Notes: generated by a model not told the origin, from the sequence alone. Shown: positions 1 to 14,400, counted from the stretch's first letter. The stretch is DNA of 64,000 nucleotides from Mobula hypostoma (GCF_963921235.1 NC_086097.1:25670001-25734000), one strand, 5' to 3'. A program made the numbers and translations.

Positions 1-640
1 CTGTTTGTGGACTACAGGAGGAATGGAGACAGGCTAGCCCCTATTGACATCAATGGATCTGGGGTTGAGAGAGTGAACACCTTTAAATTCCTCGGCATAC
101 ACATCACTGGGAATCTCACATGGTCTGTACATACCAGCTGTGTGGTAAAAAAAAACAGCGCCTCTTTCACCTCAGACGGTTGAAGAAGTTTGGTATGGGC
201 CCCCAGATCCTAAGAACTTTCTACAGGGGCACAATTGAGGACATCCTGACTGGCTGCATCACTGCCTGGTATGGGAACTGTACTTCTCTAAACCGCAGGA
301 CCTTGCAGAGAGTGGTGCGGACAGCCCAGCGCATCTGTAGATGTGAACTTCCCACGATTCAGGACATTTACAAAGACAGGTGTGTAAAAAAGGCCTGAAC
401 GATCGTTGGGGACCCGAGCCACCCCAACCACAAACTGTTCCAGCTGCTACCATCCGGGAAATGGTACCGCAGCATAATTCATGCTGACACAACTGTATTT
501 CTATGTTATATTGTTGCACATACTGTTTATTATAAGTTACTATAAATTGCACATTGCACATTTAGATAGAGACATAACGTAAAGATTTTTACTCCTCATG
601 TATATGAAGGAGCAAGTAATAAAGTCAACTCAATTCAATA
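1..640 (+). mobile_element. Rex1/Babar LINE 3' fragment
   Basis: RT C-terminus (QRLFHLRRLKKF...ILTGCITAWYGNC) followed by an AATAAA+(TCAAT)-like tail. Confidence 0.8.
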
Positions 641-1359
641 AAGAGTAAAAGAGAGGTGAGTATTGATATTGGACCACTGGAAAATTATGCTGGAGAGGAA
701 GGAATAGGGGACAAGGAAGGACATTATACTGTTGCATATTTAACTATATGTCATATATGCACTTTATGTTATTTGTGCATCTACAGAATATTTTTAAATT
801 ATCTGTTAATTATTATTATGTTAATTTTATTTTATGTGCTGTCTGAGATATACCAGTACTGTGCTTTGCACGTTGGTCCCAGAGGAACACAGTTTCGTTT
901 AGTGATACACGTGTATGTGAGTGACAATAAACTTGAACTTAATTTCTTCTCACTTCAGTCCCAAATGGCAATTTTTTTTTATTTTGAGACTGTTCTAGGC
1001 ATTGCACCTGCCATCCAACCTGTTATCTCCAGTATCATGAACCTTCACTGTGTTTCATCAACTGCTTCATCCCAAAGTCTTTAATTTTCAAATAAAACAC
1101 TGAACAAAACACACTGGCTGAACAGCACCAGATCAGAAACCATTAGTATGGCTTTCTGGGGAGAACACAGCGATGGGTGAAATTGGAACTGCTCTGCTGC
1201 ATGCCACATTTTAAATTAGGTCAATTTTTAATTTTGAATTTTACATGCATACATTTTTGCTAACCAAATTTGTTAAGGGTTCTGGGGCAAAAAGCAGGTA
1301 TATGCAGTTAGGTCAAATATCATGTGTGATCCTGTTAATAGTTTAACAATAACTGTCAA

Positions 1360-1960
1360 TATCTCTGGGGACCGAACCTGGACAACCATATTGATGCAGG
1401 TATAAAGAAGGCAAGACAGCAGCTATATTTCATTAGGACTTTGAGAAGATTTGGTTTGTCACCTAAAACATTCGAAAACTTCTACAAATGTACTGTGAAG
1501 ATCACTCTGACTGGCTGCATCACTGTCTAGTAAGGCAAGTTACAGAAAGTTGTAAAATTAGTCGGCTTCATCATGGGTATTAGTCCCCATAGATCCTCAG
1601 GGAGCAGTGTCTCAGAAAGGTAGCATCCATTATTAAGGACCTACACCACCCAGGACATGCCCTCTTCTCATTGTTATCATCAGAAAGGAGGTACAGAAAC
1701 CTGAAGGAACTCAGCAATTCTAGAACAGCTTCTTCCCCTCTGCCATCCAATTTCTAAATGGGCATTGAACCTATGAACTCACTACTTTTTTTTATTTCTG
1801 TTTTTGCACTACTTATTTTAGCGTAACTAGTTATTATACATAGACACACTTACTGTAATTCGGTTATTTTCTATATTTATCATGTATTGCATTGCACTGA
1901 TGCTGCAAAGTTAACAAATTTCATGACATATGCTGGAGATATTAAACTTGATTCTAAATG
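1360..1960 (+). mobile_element. Rex1/Babar LINE 3' fragment
   Basis: Similar to the 3' part of the 6760-9810 copy; ends in aaacttgattc. Confidence 0.75.
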
Positions 1961-2159
1961 ACTCACATTTCTTGCTTTAAGGGTCAGTTCAAAGAGACAG
2001 TGGGCAATAATTCAGCAACAGTCCACCACTAACACATTTACATGGAGTGCTGACACAAGAAAGCAACACCCACCACCTAGGCCATACTCCCTTTGAGCAG
2101 CAGGTACAGGAGCCTTAGGTCCCACACCACCAGGTTCAGGAAAAGTTATTACCCTACAC

Positions 2160-4114
2160 CAGACAACCCCCAATAGGCGGACCGCGGGCCAGGTCCAGAC
2201 CACGAGAACCAAATGTCTGGACCACACCGACCCATTGGCACTTCTTGAACGCCCTGTCATAACACATAAATAAAGTGCGCACTGCTCTAATTTATTTTAA
2301 CCTCATCCCACACCGCACACTTGACTTACGCCTCCGTAGAGCGCGCAATGCCAAGTTGATTAAAACGTGAGCAATTGATATGGTTGGCGAAGTTTTAAGT
2401 CATGATGAGAAAACCAAGAAAACGGTTGCAGAGGTACTAAAGACGGTGCCATTGGCAGCCAACACGGCAACAAGAAGAGAAGAAATTTTAGCGGAGGAGT
2501 GTTTTTCCAATCTACTTACCGATTTGGAGAAAGCAGAAGCCATATCACTAGCCATAGACTCGTCCTGTGACCGAACCGATATGGAAGAGCTATCTGTGTT
2601 CGCAAGATTTTTTGATGGGAAGACTTTTCGGGAAGAGATACTTCGTTTGCTTCCTCTGCCTGGGCGCACAACTGGGGAAATAATTTTTAATGAATTGACA
2701 CAGTTCTTTGAGAAGAATGGCTTGGATATGAGCAAAATTGTGTCCGTTGTCACCGATGGGGCTCCGTCGATGGTGGGACAACACAAAGGCTTGGTAAGCA
2801 GGTTTGCCGCTGTTAACCCAGCACTCTTGGCATTTCATTGCATTATTCACAAATCAGTGTAGTGCGCTAAACTGTGTGGAGAAATGAAAGAGGCGTTGGA
2901 TACTGTGATGAGACTGGTAAATTTTGTTTGTGAGAGTTCTAGTCTGCAACATCACCTTTTCAGAGCATTGCTGGAGGAAATGTCAGCAGAACACAAAGAT
3001 CCTTTGCTGCAGAATGATGTTCGCTGGCTGAGCAAAGGCTGTGTATTGGAGAGGGTGTGCAACCTGCGCGATGAGCTTATGTCATTTTTATCCAGCCTGC
3101 AGAGCCAAAAAGCCCAAGGATTTAAGAGGTTTCTAGATGACAACAAGGTAATGGCACATGTTCTTTTTTTTGTGTAACATCATGTCTCATCTAAATCAAC
3201 TTAATCTGCAATTACAAGGCAACAACCACAATGTTGCAGACATGTACGAGGTGATTGAAGCTTTCCCGTCAAAGCTGAACCTTTTGGAGAGAGACATTCA
3301 CAGGAGAAAGTTGCACTTTCCATGTCTGCGGGAGCATTGCAAGAAGAACGAAGTGCAAGAGGATCCAGTGATGAAGGATTTCGTAACGAGCCTGGCAAAA
3401 AACTTCAGGGAACGATTTGAAAGCTCCCCTAAACTCTCAGGTGACATCCTCCTCTTCCTGAGACAGCCATTCTCCATTTCGGCTGATGGCCAGTGGACTG
3501 CAGAGGCCAAAAGGCTGGTGCCTTCCACAGATGAGGCAACTCTTCAGATGGAGGTCTTGGAAATGGGAACATCTGATTTGCTCAAAGCACAACACAAGGA
3601 TGTTGGGGTGAGTGACTTTTGGATCAACGTGGTTCCCCAAGCTCAATTCAAAAACACGAGAGCTATTGCAATGGTCCTACTCACACTGTTCCCCTCCACA
3701 TACATATGTGAGTCATCATTTTCTTCAATAAACTCTATCAAGAACCAGGACAGAAACAGACTCTCCAATGCACATGTCGGCCAGTGCCTCAGGATTGCCA
3801 CAACAGAATACAGGCCCGACATCAGAAAGATTGCCTTATCCCATCACTGTCACTTCTCTCACTGATTGGTGAGTGAATCAATTTATTCTTGCCCATTTGT
3901 CAATCTTATTGTGGTATAATAATACTACAACAACAATAATACTGATAATTTCATTTATAGTTACACTTCATACTTCAAATGCTACATAGATTAATTAAAA
4001 ATAACAAATAGATTAAATGAGAGAACAGAAACAGTGGAAAAGGCAGTACTACTAAAACTCTGTGGAAGAAAAGTGGTGAAGACTACCATGTTGAGTGAGT
4101 GAGTGAGTGAGTGA

Positions 4115-4150
<36 letters not shown>

Positions 4151-4491
4151 TTTAAGTCCCAGATGAGTTCTCAATGTGACAGCTGACAGTTCTGATAGCT
4201 ACAGTCATAATTAAATGGTTGGTTTTGGACTTATTTTGTTTCAAGAGTGCATTTTTTTTTCTTGTGTGACCCACAACACAGGCTTTGAGAATCGCAGGCC
4301 TAAATTATTACTACTACCACTACTACTACTAATAATAATAATAATAATAATAATAATAGTAACAGCAGCAACAACATCTGTCCATAAAGCAACTTACTGG
4401 CGTAATGAAAAAAATCCCTGGACGTTTTGGCCCTTGGCTTGGCATGCTTGACATAATTTGGCCCTTGTGGAAAACTAATTGGGGAACCCTG
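2160..4491 (+). mobile_element. hAT (Charlie/Buster-type) DNA transposon with 5'-deleted, disrupted transposase at 2380-3865
   Basis: 8-bp TSD ccctacac at 2152-2159 and 4492-4499; imperfect TIRs (cag...ccccaa / ttggggaaccctg). Motifs SLAIDSS, VTDGAPSM, FHCIIH, VRWLS, STYICESSFS; stop and frameshift present. Splits a Rex1 tail. Confidence 0.9.
4092..4148. repeat. Compound (GAGT)n(GT)n microsatellite; (ACT)n(AAT)n nearby at 4305-4358
   Basis: Directly visible. Confidence 0.95.
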
Positions 4492-6244
4492 CCCTACACC
4501 CATCAGACTCCTGAACAAGCATTGATAATTTCACTCACCACAACCCTGAACTGATTCCACAACCTCATTTTCAAAGACTTTACAGCTTACATTCTCAGTA
4601 TAGATTTTTTTTAAATTTGCACATTTTGTCTTCTTTTCAGAATCAGTTAATATCAGTAACATGTTGTGAAATTTATTCTTTTGCACATTGGTTGTTTGTC
4701 AGTCTTCATTTATGCACAGTTTTTCATAAAATTCTATATTTTTCTTTATTTTCCTGCAAATGTCTGCAAGAAAATGAATCTCAAGCTAGTATATGGTACT
4801 TAAATACTGTAATAAATTTACTTTGACTGAATAGTCAGAAACAGCATAAGTAATGAAGTAGAAAGAGCAACAGATCAGAAGACTCAGCAAAGGCAATTTA
4901 ATCCTTTTCACGTGACAGGAAGCAAGCTCACTTAGTCATTCATGCCTTTGCCAAATACAAGGTTCAAGTATTCCAATACTCTTCAGGCCAAGCTCCCAAA
5001 GTATTGACTGTAAACTTCTCATCATTTTGCCCAATTCAAATAACAAAATTCCAACTAGTCCACCAATACTTTCTAGAATCAAGCTTTTTTTTCCCCCTTT
5101 TCTGAACTGCCATCCTCAGAAATTCCTCCACTCCTTTACTTATAGCCTCAGCACTCCCAACTTGCATTAGCCCAACCCTACAATGCTTTTTAAATCTTAC
5201 CAAAAAATTGAATTGTGATGGAAAGGTATGACTTCATAATAAGACCCATCATTACTGCTATAATGTTATTCTAATTTCATTACTTAAAATTATAAATTAC
5301 TCTTCCAACCACAGATTAAAAAAAGCACTTACTAAAATATACTGCACCTGGAATTTTTATACTTACAGTTGTGTTAAAGGTTTATAGCAGAATTAATATT
5401 CCATTCTACGCAGCAAAAACATTAAATAAGCTATTGAACAAGTCTCTGCTGAATAACTAATGCTCTGGAATTGCATGCGAGGCTGCATAATGGTGAATAA
5501 CGGCATATTTTAATAAACTACACACTATTGTAAAAAATTTATCACAGCAGCATTGGGGATTCAGTTCAGTACTTAAAAGGAATTTTGCAATTTTCTTCAG
5601 AAGACATTGTATTTAATATCATACATATTTGAAGTGCATTCTGCACTGTCACAAGCTTTCATAAAGTTTTTTGTCAGTTTATAAAGTATTCCCACAGTTG
5701 CTTAAAGACTGATTAGATGAAATGCACAAAATGAATTTTATTTTGGTGCATTAAGATGCTGGAATAAATCACCAGAAATCTAAGAGCTATTATCATCAAT
5801 GAAGAAAAACTGACCCCTGGTGGTTACTCAATGTAGAAGCAACTAGTTCAACAAAACACAAATCCTAAAAACTAATTCAGATGAAAGATACTGAGCAAAA
5901 CAGTTAACATAAAACATAAAGCCAATCTTAATAAAAACTGAACACCAATCTTAGTAAAAACTGATGAGACGGTCAGGAGATACTTGCCACAAAGTTTCCA
6001 CATGCTGCATCAATTAGAATAAAATTGACACAATGATCAAAGATTAAAAACTTTTTGAAAAGCAATGAGCCACAAATGCTGTAAATATGAAGTAAAACGT
6101 AAAGGCACTGAAGAGGGAGAACCGGCAGCAACATCAGAATGAGAAATCAATTTAACACTTCTAGTTAAAGAACTTCCTTCAGAATTTATTTTACTGATAT
6201 TTTGTGATAATAGTTTCATAACTACCTAATGATTATCAGGAATT

Positions 6245-6757
6245 CAGCTGGAAAAGAGCACTGAGGAATGGCAAAAGGAGTTTAATTCTGATAAATGCAC
6301 GGTATTTCATTTTAGGAATTCAAATGAGAGTAGGACTTTTAGTGAACAGTAGGGCCCTAGAGAGTGTTGTTGATCAGAGATGCCTAGGAGTACTAGTACA
6401 TGGTTCTCTGAAAGTGGTAGGTAAGGCAACAAGGAAGGCTTTGGCATTTATTAGTCAGAGCATCGTGTATAGAAGTTGGGATGTTATGCTGCAGTTGTAC
6501 AAGTCATTAGTGAGACTCAGTTATGGTCACCCTACTATAGGAAAGATGTCATTAAACTGGAAAAAGTGCAGAAGAGAATTACAAGGAATTGATGGGACTT
6601 CAAAGTTCAAAGTACAATTTATTATCAGAGTGCATACATGTCACCACATACAACCCTGAGATTCTTTTTCCTGCGGGCATACCCAGCTATGAGAGGCATA
6701 GATAGGGTGCATTCGCAGAGTCTTTTTCCCAGGGTTGGAAACCAAGAACAGGAGGTC
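6245..6757 (+). mobile_element. Decayed CR1 LINE 3' fragment, interrupted; continues after ~9820
   Basis: LAFISQSIVYRSWDVMLQLYKSLVR; MRGIDRV...LFPRVG. Confidence 0.7.
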
Positions 6758-6759
6758 AT

Positions 6760-9700
6760 TTTCTCAGTGAATACGATTAAATATTCCAGTTTCAGCCTGT
6801 TACAGCTAAAATGCACAACTGCTTCTAAGGTCAGTACAGTCAACAAAGATGTCTTAATGCGTATAAACGAACTATCGCCGCTTAAAACTGACGGAAACAA
6901 CACCATCTGTGGTCGGAAGTGCCCACGGAGGACACTTCGGAGGAAGCGTGGGCGAAGATCAGGGTTACAAGTGTGATTAAGAAAACGGGGTTTTAAAATC
7001 CCTATGCCGACTATCTTGCTGGCGAACGTGCAATCTCTGGTGAATAAAATCGATGATCTCAGAGCCAGGGTGCTGAATCAGAGGGACATTAGGACCATGT
7101 GTGTCCTTTGTTTCATGGAATCCTGGTTAACCCCTTCCGTACCGGATGCAGCGATTCAGATCAACGGGTTTACTACACACCATCAGGATAGATTTATAGA
7201 GTCTCTCAAAAGCAGAGGTGGAGGAGTATGCCTCATGATCAACTCTTCTTGGTGCACAAATATATCAGTGCTGTCCCAATTCTGCTCACCAGACCTGGAA
7301 TATCTAGCAGTAAAGTGTCATCCTTTTAACCTACCATGGGAGTTCTCTAGGGTCATTCTGGTAGCAGTTTACATTCCACCTCAGGCCAATGTCAATTAGG
7401 CTTCAGATGATCTGAGCAATGAGATCAACATGCACGAAACAGTGCACCCTAACGCCTTCACCATCGTTTTGGGAGATTTTAACCAGGCCAGTCTGGAAAA
7501 AAATCACTAAGCAATTACCATCAACAGATCACTTGCAATACCAGAGGAAACAACACACTGAACCATTGCTACACCACCATCAAGAATGCTATTCCACGCC
7601 CTCACTTCGGGAAATCTGATCACCTGGCTGAACTCCTACTCCTTGAGTATAGACAGAGACTGAAGACTACAGCACCAGTAGTGTGGACCAAGGAGGTTTG
7701 GACAAGGAGAGCACAGGAGCACCTACAGGACTGCTTTGAATCGATGGATTGGACCGTATTCAGGGATTCATCTTTAAATCTGGATGAGTAAACTGCAATT
7801 GTTACCAACTTCATTAAAATCTGTGTGGATGAGTGTGTGCCTACAAAGACTTACTATACATTCCCAAACCAAAAGCCGTGTCAGAACCAGGAGGTACGTC
7901 GCCTGCTGAAGGCTAGATCTGTGGCATTCAAATCTGGCAACCCAGGCCTGTACCAGAAAACCAGGTATGATTTGCGGAGGACTATTTCAAGGGTGAAGAG
8001 ACAATTTCGAATGAGGTTGGAGGTGATATCAGATGCACGGCAACTCTGACAGGGTCTGCAAGACATCACTTCCTACAAAGCAAAACCCAATAGTATGAAT
8101 GGCGCGATGCTTCAGTACCAGATGAACTGAAGGCCTTCTATGCATGCTTTGAAAGGGAGAACACAACTACAGCTGTGAAGATCCCTGCTGCACCTGAGGA
8201 CTCTGTGACCTCCGTCTCAGAGGCCAATGTTAAACTGTTTTTAAAGAGAGTGAACCCTCGCAAGGCAGAAGGTCCTGAAAGGCTCTGAAAATCTGTGCCA
8301 ACCAACTAGCAGGAGTATTCAAGAACATTTTTAACCTCTCACTGCTACGGGCAGAAGATCCCACTTGTTCAAAAAGGCAACAATTATACCAGTGCCTAAG
8401 AAGAATAATGTGGTCTGCCTTTATGACTATTGCCTGATAGCACTCACATTGACAGTGATGAAATGCTTTGAGACGTTAGTTATGACTAGACTGAATTCCT
8501 GCCTCAGCAAGGACCTGGACCCATTGCAATTTGCCTATCGCCACAATAGGTCAATGGCAGATGCAATCTCAATGGCTCTCCACACGGCTTTGAACCACCT
8601 GGACAATACGAACACCTATGTCAGGATGCTGTTCATCGACTATAGCTCAGCATCTAATACCATCATTCCCACAATCCTGTTTGAGAAATTGCAGAACCTG
8701 GGCCTCTGTACCTCCCTCTGCAATTGGATCCTCGACTTCTTAACCGGAAGACCACAGTCTGGGCAGATTGGTGATAACATATCCTCCTCGCTGATGATCA
8801 ACATTGGTACACCTCAAGGGTGTGTACTTAGCCCACTGCTCTATTCCCTGTATACACATGACTGTGTGGCTAGGCATAGTTCAAATACCACCTATAAATT
8901 TGCTGACGATACAGCCATTGTTGATAGAATCTCAGGTGGTGACGAGAGGGTGTACAAGAGTGAGATATGCCAACTAGTGGAATGGTGCTGCAGCAACAAC
9001 CTGGCACTCAATGTTAGTAAGACAAAAGAGTTGATAGTGGACTTCAGGAAGGGCAAGACGAAGGAGCACATACCAATCCCCATAGAGGGATCAGAAGTGG
9101 AGAGAGTGAGCAGCTTCAAGTTCCTGGGTGTCAAGATCTCTGAGGATCTAACCTGGTCCCAACATATCGATGTAGTTATAAAGAAGGCAAAACAGCGGCT
9201 ATACTTTATTAGGAGTTTGAAGAGATTTGATATGTCAACAAATACACTCAAAAACTTCTATAGTTGTATCGTGGAGAGCATTCTGACAGGCTGCATCACT
9301 GTCTGGTATGGAGGGGGGACTACTGCACGGGACCGAAAGAAACTGCAGAAGGTTGTAAATCTAGTCAGCTCCATCTTGGGCACTAGCCTACAAAGTACCC
9401 AGGATATCTTTAGGGAGCAGTGTCTTAGAAAGGCAGCATCCATTATTAAGGACCTCCAGCACCCAGGGCATGACCTTTTCTCACTGTTACCATCAGGTAG
9501 GAGATACAGAATCTCAAGGCACACACTCAGCAATTCAGGAACAGCTTCTTCCCCTCTGCCATCCGATTCCTGAATGGACATTGAATCTTTGGACACTACC
9601 TCACTTTTTTTAATATACAGTATTTCTGTTTTTGCACTTGTTAAAAAATCTATTCAATATATATAATTGATATACTTGGTTATTTATTATTATGTTTTAT

Positions 9701-9810
9701 TTTATTTATTTTGTCCTGTCTCTGCTAGATTATGTATTGCATTGAACTGCTGCTGCTATGTTAACAAATTTCACATCACATGCCGATGATAATAAACCTG
9801 ATTCTGATTC
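6760..9810 (+). mobile_element. Near full-length Rex1/Babar LINE (APE endonuclease + RT), frameshifted
   Basis: ILLANVQSL...CFMESWL (APE); [29 protein letters not shown] (RT, ORF 8365-9573); tail aataaacctgattctgattc. Confidence 0.9.
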
Positions 9811-9999
9811 TTATTTGCAGGCTTAAGGGTGAGAGGGGAAAAGACTGAAAAGGAAACTGAGGAGAGCTTTTACACCAAAGGATGGTCAGTATAAGGATGT
9901 GCTGCCAGAGTTGAGACAGGTACATTAACAACATTCAAAAGGAATTTAAGCAGGTTCATGTATAGGAATGATTTAAGAGAAATATGGGCCAAGCGAGAT

Positions 10000-10960
10000 C
10001 ATTTGACACAATAGAATCAATGAAAAACCACGCAGGACAGAGACAGGACAACCAGTGTGCAAAAAACAACAAACTTTGCAAGTACTAAAAGAAATTGATG
10101 ATGATAATGATGATGATGATGATTGATGATGAAAATAATAATAATAATAAATAAGCCATTAATATCAAGAACACGAGTTGTTGACTCCCAAAAAGTGAGT
10201 CCATGGGTATGGAATCAGTTCAATATTGGGTTGAATGAAGTTATCCCCTCGGGTTCAAGAGCCTGATGGTTGAGGGGTAAAAGTTGTTTCTAACCTGGCG
10301 GTATGGGTCTTGAGACTCACGTACCTACTTCCTGATGGCAGCAGTGAGAAGAGAGTGTGACCTGGGTGCTTGAGGATGGATGCTGCTTTCCTGCAACAGC
10401 ACTCCCTGTAAATCTGCTCAGTGGTGGGGAGGGCTTTACCTGTGATGGACTGGGCCATATCCACTACTTTTTAATCGGCTTTTACATACAAGGGAATTGG
10501 TGCACCCATACCAGGCCATGATGCAACTAGTCAGTACACTCTCCACCATGAATCTATAGAAGTTTGTCAAAGTTTTAGATAATAATGTAATCTGCATAAA
10601 TCTCTACAAAAATAGAGGCACTGCCATGTCTTCTTTGTAATGGCAGTTACAAGCTGGACCCAGGACAGATCCCCAGAAATGATACACCAAGGGATTTAAA
10701 GTTGCTGACACTCCCTACCTCTGATTCCCTGATGAGGACTAGCTCATAGACCTCTGGTTTCCTCCTCCTGTAGTCAATAATCAGCTCTTTGGTTTTGCTG
10801 ACATTGAGTGAAACATTGTTGTGGCACAATGCAGCCAGATTCTCAATCTCCATCCTGTATGCTGATTTGTCACCATCTTTCATTTGGCCCACAGTAGTGG
10901 TGTCATCAGCAAACTTGAAAATAGCATTGCAGCTGTGCTTCACCTCACAGTCATAATTTG
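10000..10960 (-). mobile_element. Rex1/Babar LINE 3' fragment
   Basis: [36 protein letters not shown]. Confidence 0.8.
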
Positions 10961-11559
10961 TTTATTTTACTTGGTGTATTTAGAGATACAGTGTGGACCA
11001 GGCCCTTCAGGCCGTTTGTGCCACACTGTCCAGCAACCCACCAATTTAACCCTAGTCTAATCACGGGAAAATTTACAATGACGAATTAACTTACTAACCA
11101 GTACGTTTCTGTACTGTGGGAAGAAACCGAAGTACTCAGAGGCACACACTAGAAGGCAAGTACAAACTTGCTTAGAGGATGTCAGAATTGAACTCTGAAT
11201 TCTGCGCCCGCCACCCCGAGTAGTAACGAGTTGTGCTAACCACTGGGCTACCATCACAGCCCAAGTATAAACAAGTAGAGCGGGGGACTAAGCACACATC
11301 TGTGGTGCATTTGTGCTGATGGTGATTGTGGAGGAGGTGTTGTTGCCAATCCCAACTGACTGGGGTCTGCAAGTGAGGAAATCGTAGATTCAGTTGCACA
11401 AGAAAGTATTGATGCCGGGTCTTGGAGCTTATTGATTAGTTTTGTGAGAATGATAGTGTTGAATGCAGAGCTGGAATCAATGAAGAGACTCCTGATGTAT
11501 CTTCACTATCCAGATGTTTCAGGTGTTTGCAGCTAATAATTAGGTGTTTGCATCTAATA

Positions 11560-13415
11560 ACTGCAAATACCTCCTCCTCTGTAATACGTATAGGGACAAT
11601 GACCTCAAGGGGGCTTTGCCTCACTTCTATAGACTCTGTGTCTGTCTCCTGAGTTAGTACAGATACAAAAAAAGATCCATTTCTCTCCCTTCTCTTTTGG
11701 CTCCACGCATAGGTTACCATCCTGATCTTCCAGAGGACCAAATTTGTCCAATGCAATCCTTTTGCTCTTAACATATCTATAGAATCCCTTTGGATTCTCC
11801 TTCACTTTGTCTGCAAGGACAACCTCATGCCTTCTTTCAGCCCTCCTGATTTCTTTCTTAAGTGTTCTCTTGGAGGAGGTGGTGTTTGCTGTCTTGAGGC
11901 AAATTAGGGTGGATAAATCGACAAGACCTGACACGGTTACTTAAATCATCCTTGGCGACAGGTAGGGTACCGGAGGATTGGAGAATAGCTAATATTGTTC
12001 TGCTGTTTAAGAAAGGCACTAAAAATAAACCAGGAAATTATAGGCCAGTGAACCTGATATCAATAATGGGAAAGCTAATGGTAGGTATTCTAAGGGACTG
12101 GATATATGAGTATTTGGATCAGCAGGGACTGATTAGAGATAGTCAAGATAGCTTTGTGTGTGGTGGGTCATGTTTAACCAACATTATTGAGTTTTTCAAG
12201 GATGTTACCAGGAAAGTTGATGAAGGCAAAGCAGTGGATGTTGTCTACATGGACTTCAGCAAGGCATTTGACAAGGTCCCACATGGGAGAATGGTCAAGA
12301 AGGTTCAATTACGTGGTGTTCAAGATGAGCAGTAAATTGGATTAGACATTGGCTTTGTTGGAGAAGCCAGAGAGTGGCAGTAGATGGTTGCCTCTCTGAC
12401 TGGAGACCTGTGACTAGTGGAGTGCCACAGGGGTAGGTGCTGGGTCCATTGTTGTTTGTGATCTATATCATCAATCTGGATGATAATGTGGTTAACTGGA
12501 TCATCAAATTTGCGACTGACACCAAGACTGGGGTGTAGTGGACAGCAAGGAAGACTATCAGAGCTTGCAGCGGGATCTGGACAAATGGGCTGAAAAATGG
12601 CAGATGAAATTTAATGCAAACAATTGCGAGATGTAGCACTTCAGTAAACCAACCAGGGTAGGTCTTACACAGTGAACGGTAAGGCAATAAAGGAATGTGG
12701 TAGAACAAAGGGATCGAGGAATACAGCTCCATAATGCATTGAAAGTGGTGGCATAGGTAGATAAGGTCGTAAAGAAAACTTGTGGCACATTGCCATTCAT
12801 CAATCAAAGTATGGAGTACAGGAGTTTGAATGTTATGTTGAAGTTGTACAAGACATTGGTGACGCCTGACTTAGAGTGGAGTATTACCTGCAGTTTTGGT
12901 CACCTACCTACAGGAAAGATACAAATAGGATTGAAAGAGTACAGAGAAAATTTGCAAGGATGTTGCTGGGACTGGAGGACCCAAGTTACAAGGAAAGATT
13001 GATTGGGTTAGGACTTCATTTCTTTGAATGTAAAAGATTGAGGGGAGGTATACAAAATTATGAGGGGTACAGATAGGGTAAATGCAAGCACACTTTTTCC
13101 ACTGAGGTTGGATAGGACCACGACTAGAGGTCATGGGTTAAGGCTGAAAGGTGAAATGTTTTAAGGGGAACATGAGGGGAAGTATCTTTAGTTGGAAGGT
13201 TGTGAGAGCAAGGAACTAGCTGCCGACTTAACTGGCGCATCCAAGCTTGATTTCAATGGTTAAGATACGTTTGAATAGGTACCTGGATGGGAAGGGTATG
13301 GAGTGCTATAGTACGGATGCAGGTCGATGGGAGTTGGCAGTTTAAAAGGTTCAACATAGATTAGATGTGCCAAAGGGCCTGTTTCTGCACTGTACTTTTC
13401 AATGACTCTATATAC
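11560..13415 (+). mobile_element. 5'-truncated CR1 LINE with inverted 5' segment (~11560-11870 on minus)
   Basis: VPEDWRIANIV, PGNYRPV, YMDFSKAFDKVPH on plus; the upstream segment KENPKGFYRYVK is on minus. Confidence 0.85.
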
Positions 13416-14074
13416 TGACCACCCTTTCAATGAAAAAGCTGCCTTCAGCTTTCCTTTCAACAGATTAAAAATTTAAGTTGTTCCACAATACTAAATGGCA
13501 GAAGTTGTTCCTCACACCAAATACAGTATATGATGCAGTGTCTAAATCACTAATAGTTTTAAACTTTTCTGTCAAATGGGTTTAGTAAATCTCTTGAAGA
13601 TTTTGCTCTGGGATTGTTCCTCAAGTTTTACACTTTTACAAATGTCTACTCCCCTAATGCAAACAAACCATCAATTCCCCCTACTCTTTTCAGGAAAATG
13701 AATATAATGTGCAAATGACATGTGTAACACATCATGTTATAATCATACTGCTACCTGTTTTAAGAAAATTGATTAATTAGAAATACTCTTTTAATTTCAT
13801 TGGCTATCCCTTTAGAATAACCACAGCAAGATATCCACATTATAGAGCCATGGAGCACATAAACGGACCCTTCAGCCCATCATATTAACGTTGGCCTTTT
13901 TGCCCATCTACCCACATCAGAACCATATCCTTGCAGAAAATAATAGAAGCATTTACCTCCAATTACCTAGATGCGGAGGTTTTTGACTTTCAATTACCAG
14001 TCACTTTCACTTGATAGCAAAAAGCTTATGCCACCCAATACAACCTCTCCAAGAGTAAAATTAGTAAATAAAAA

Positions 14075-14400
14075 CAAAAGTCAAAGACTTGGATTGACAT
14101 AACATCTTTCATATCCTCTTCAGTACACTTCAGAGTATTTTACAGCCAGTGGAGTATTTCTAAAGTGAATCAAATTGAGATTCATTTTATTTATCATATG
14201 TACAGTACATCAAAGCATACAGTGCAATATGTCATCTGTGTTAACAACTAACACAACCTATGCACCAACCCTATGAACCTGAAAAAAACAATTAAATCTA
14301 AGCCACATCCTTAACGGAGACTGCAGCATGGCGCCATCTTGTCAGTTGCAAATTTGGCAGCTAATTTGCACACAGCAGAATTTGCAGAAACAGCAATATT
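14075..14400 (-). mobile_element. Old DeuSINE-like (SacSINE1/AmnSINE1-type) 3' remnant, interrupted
   Basis: ttacagccagtggagtatttctaaagtg and ggcagctaatttgcacacagcag resemble the recalled reverse complement of the DeuSINE 3' region. Confidence 0.55.

Noticed and set aside
2380..3865. Domesticated hAT gene (GTF2IRD2/ZBED8-like)
   Set aside because: It has TIRs and an 8-bp TSD, lacks the N-terminus, and carries a stop and a frameshift: a dead transposon.
6037..6219. 60-aa ORF as the next CEP128 exon
   Set aside because: No similarity to the expected coiled-coil continuation and no convincing splice sites. No further exon was recognised in 1-23384.
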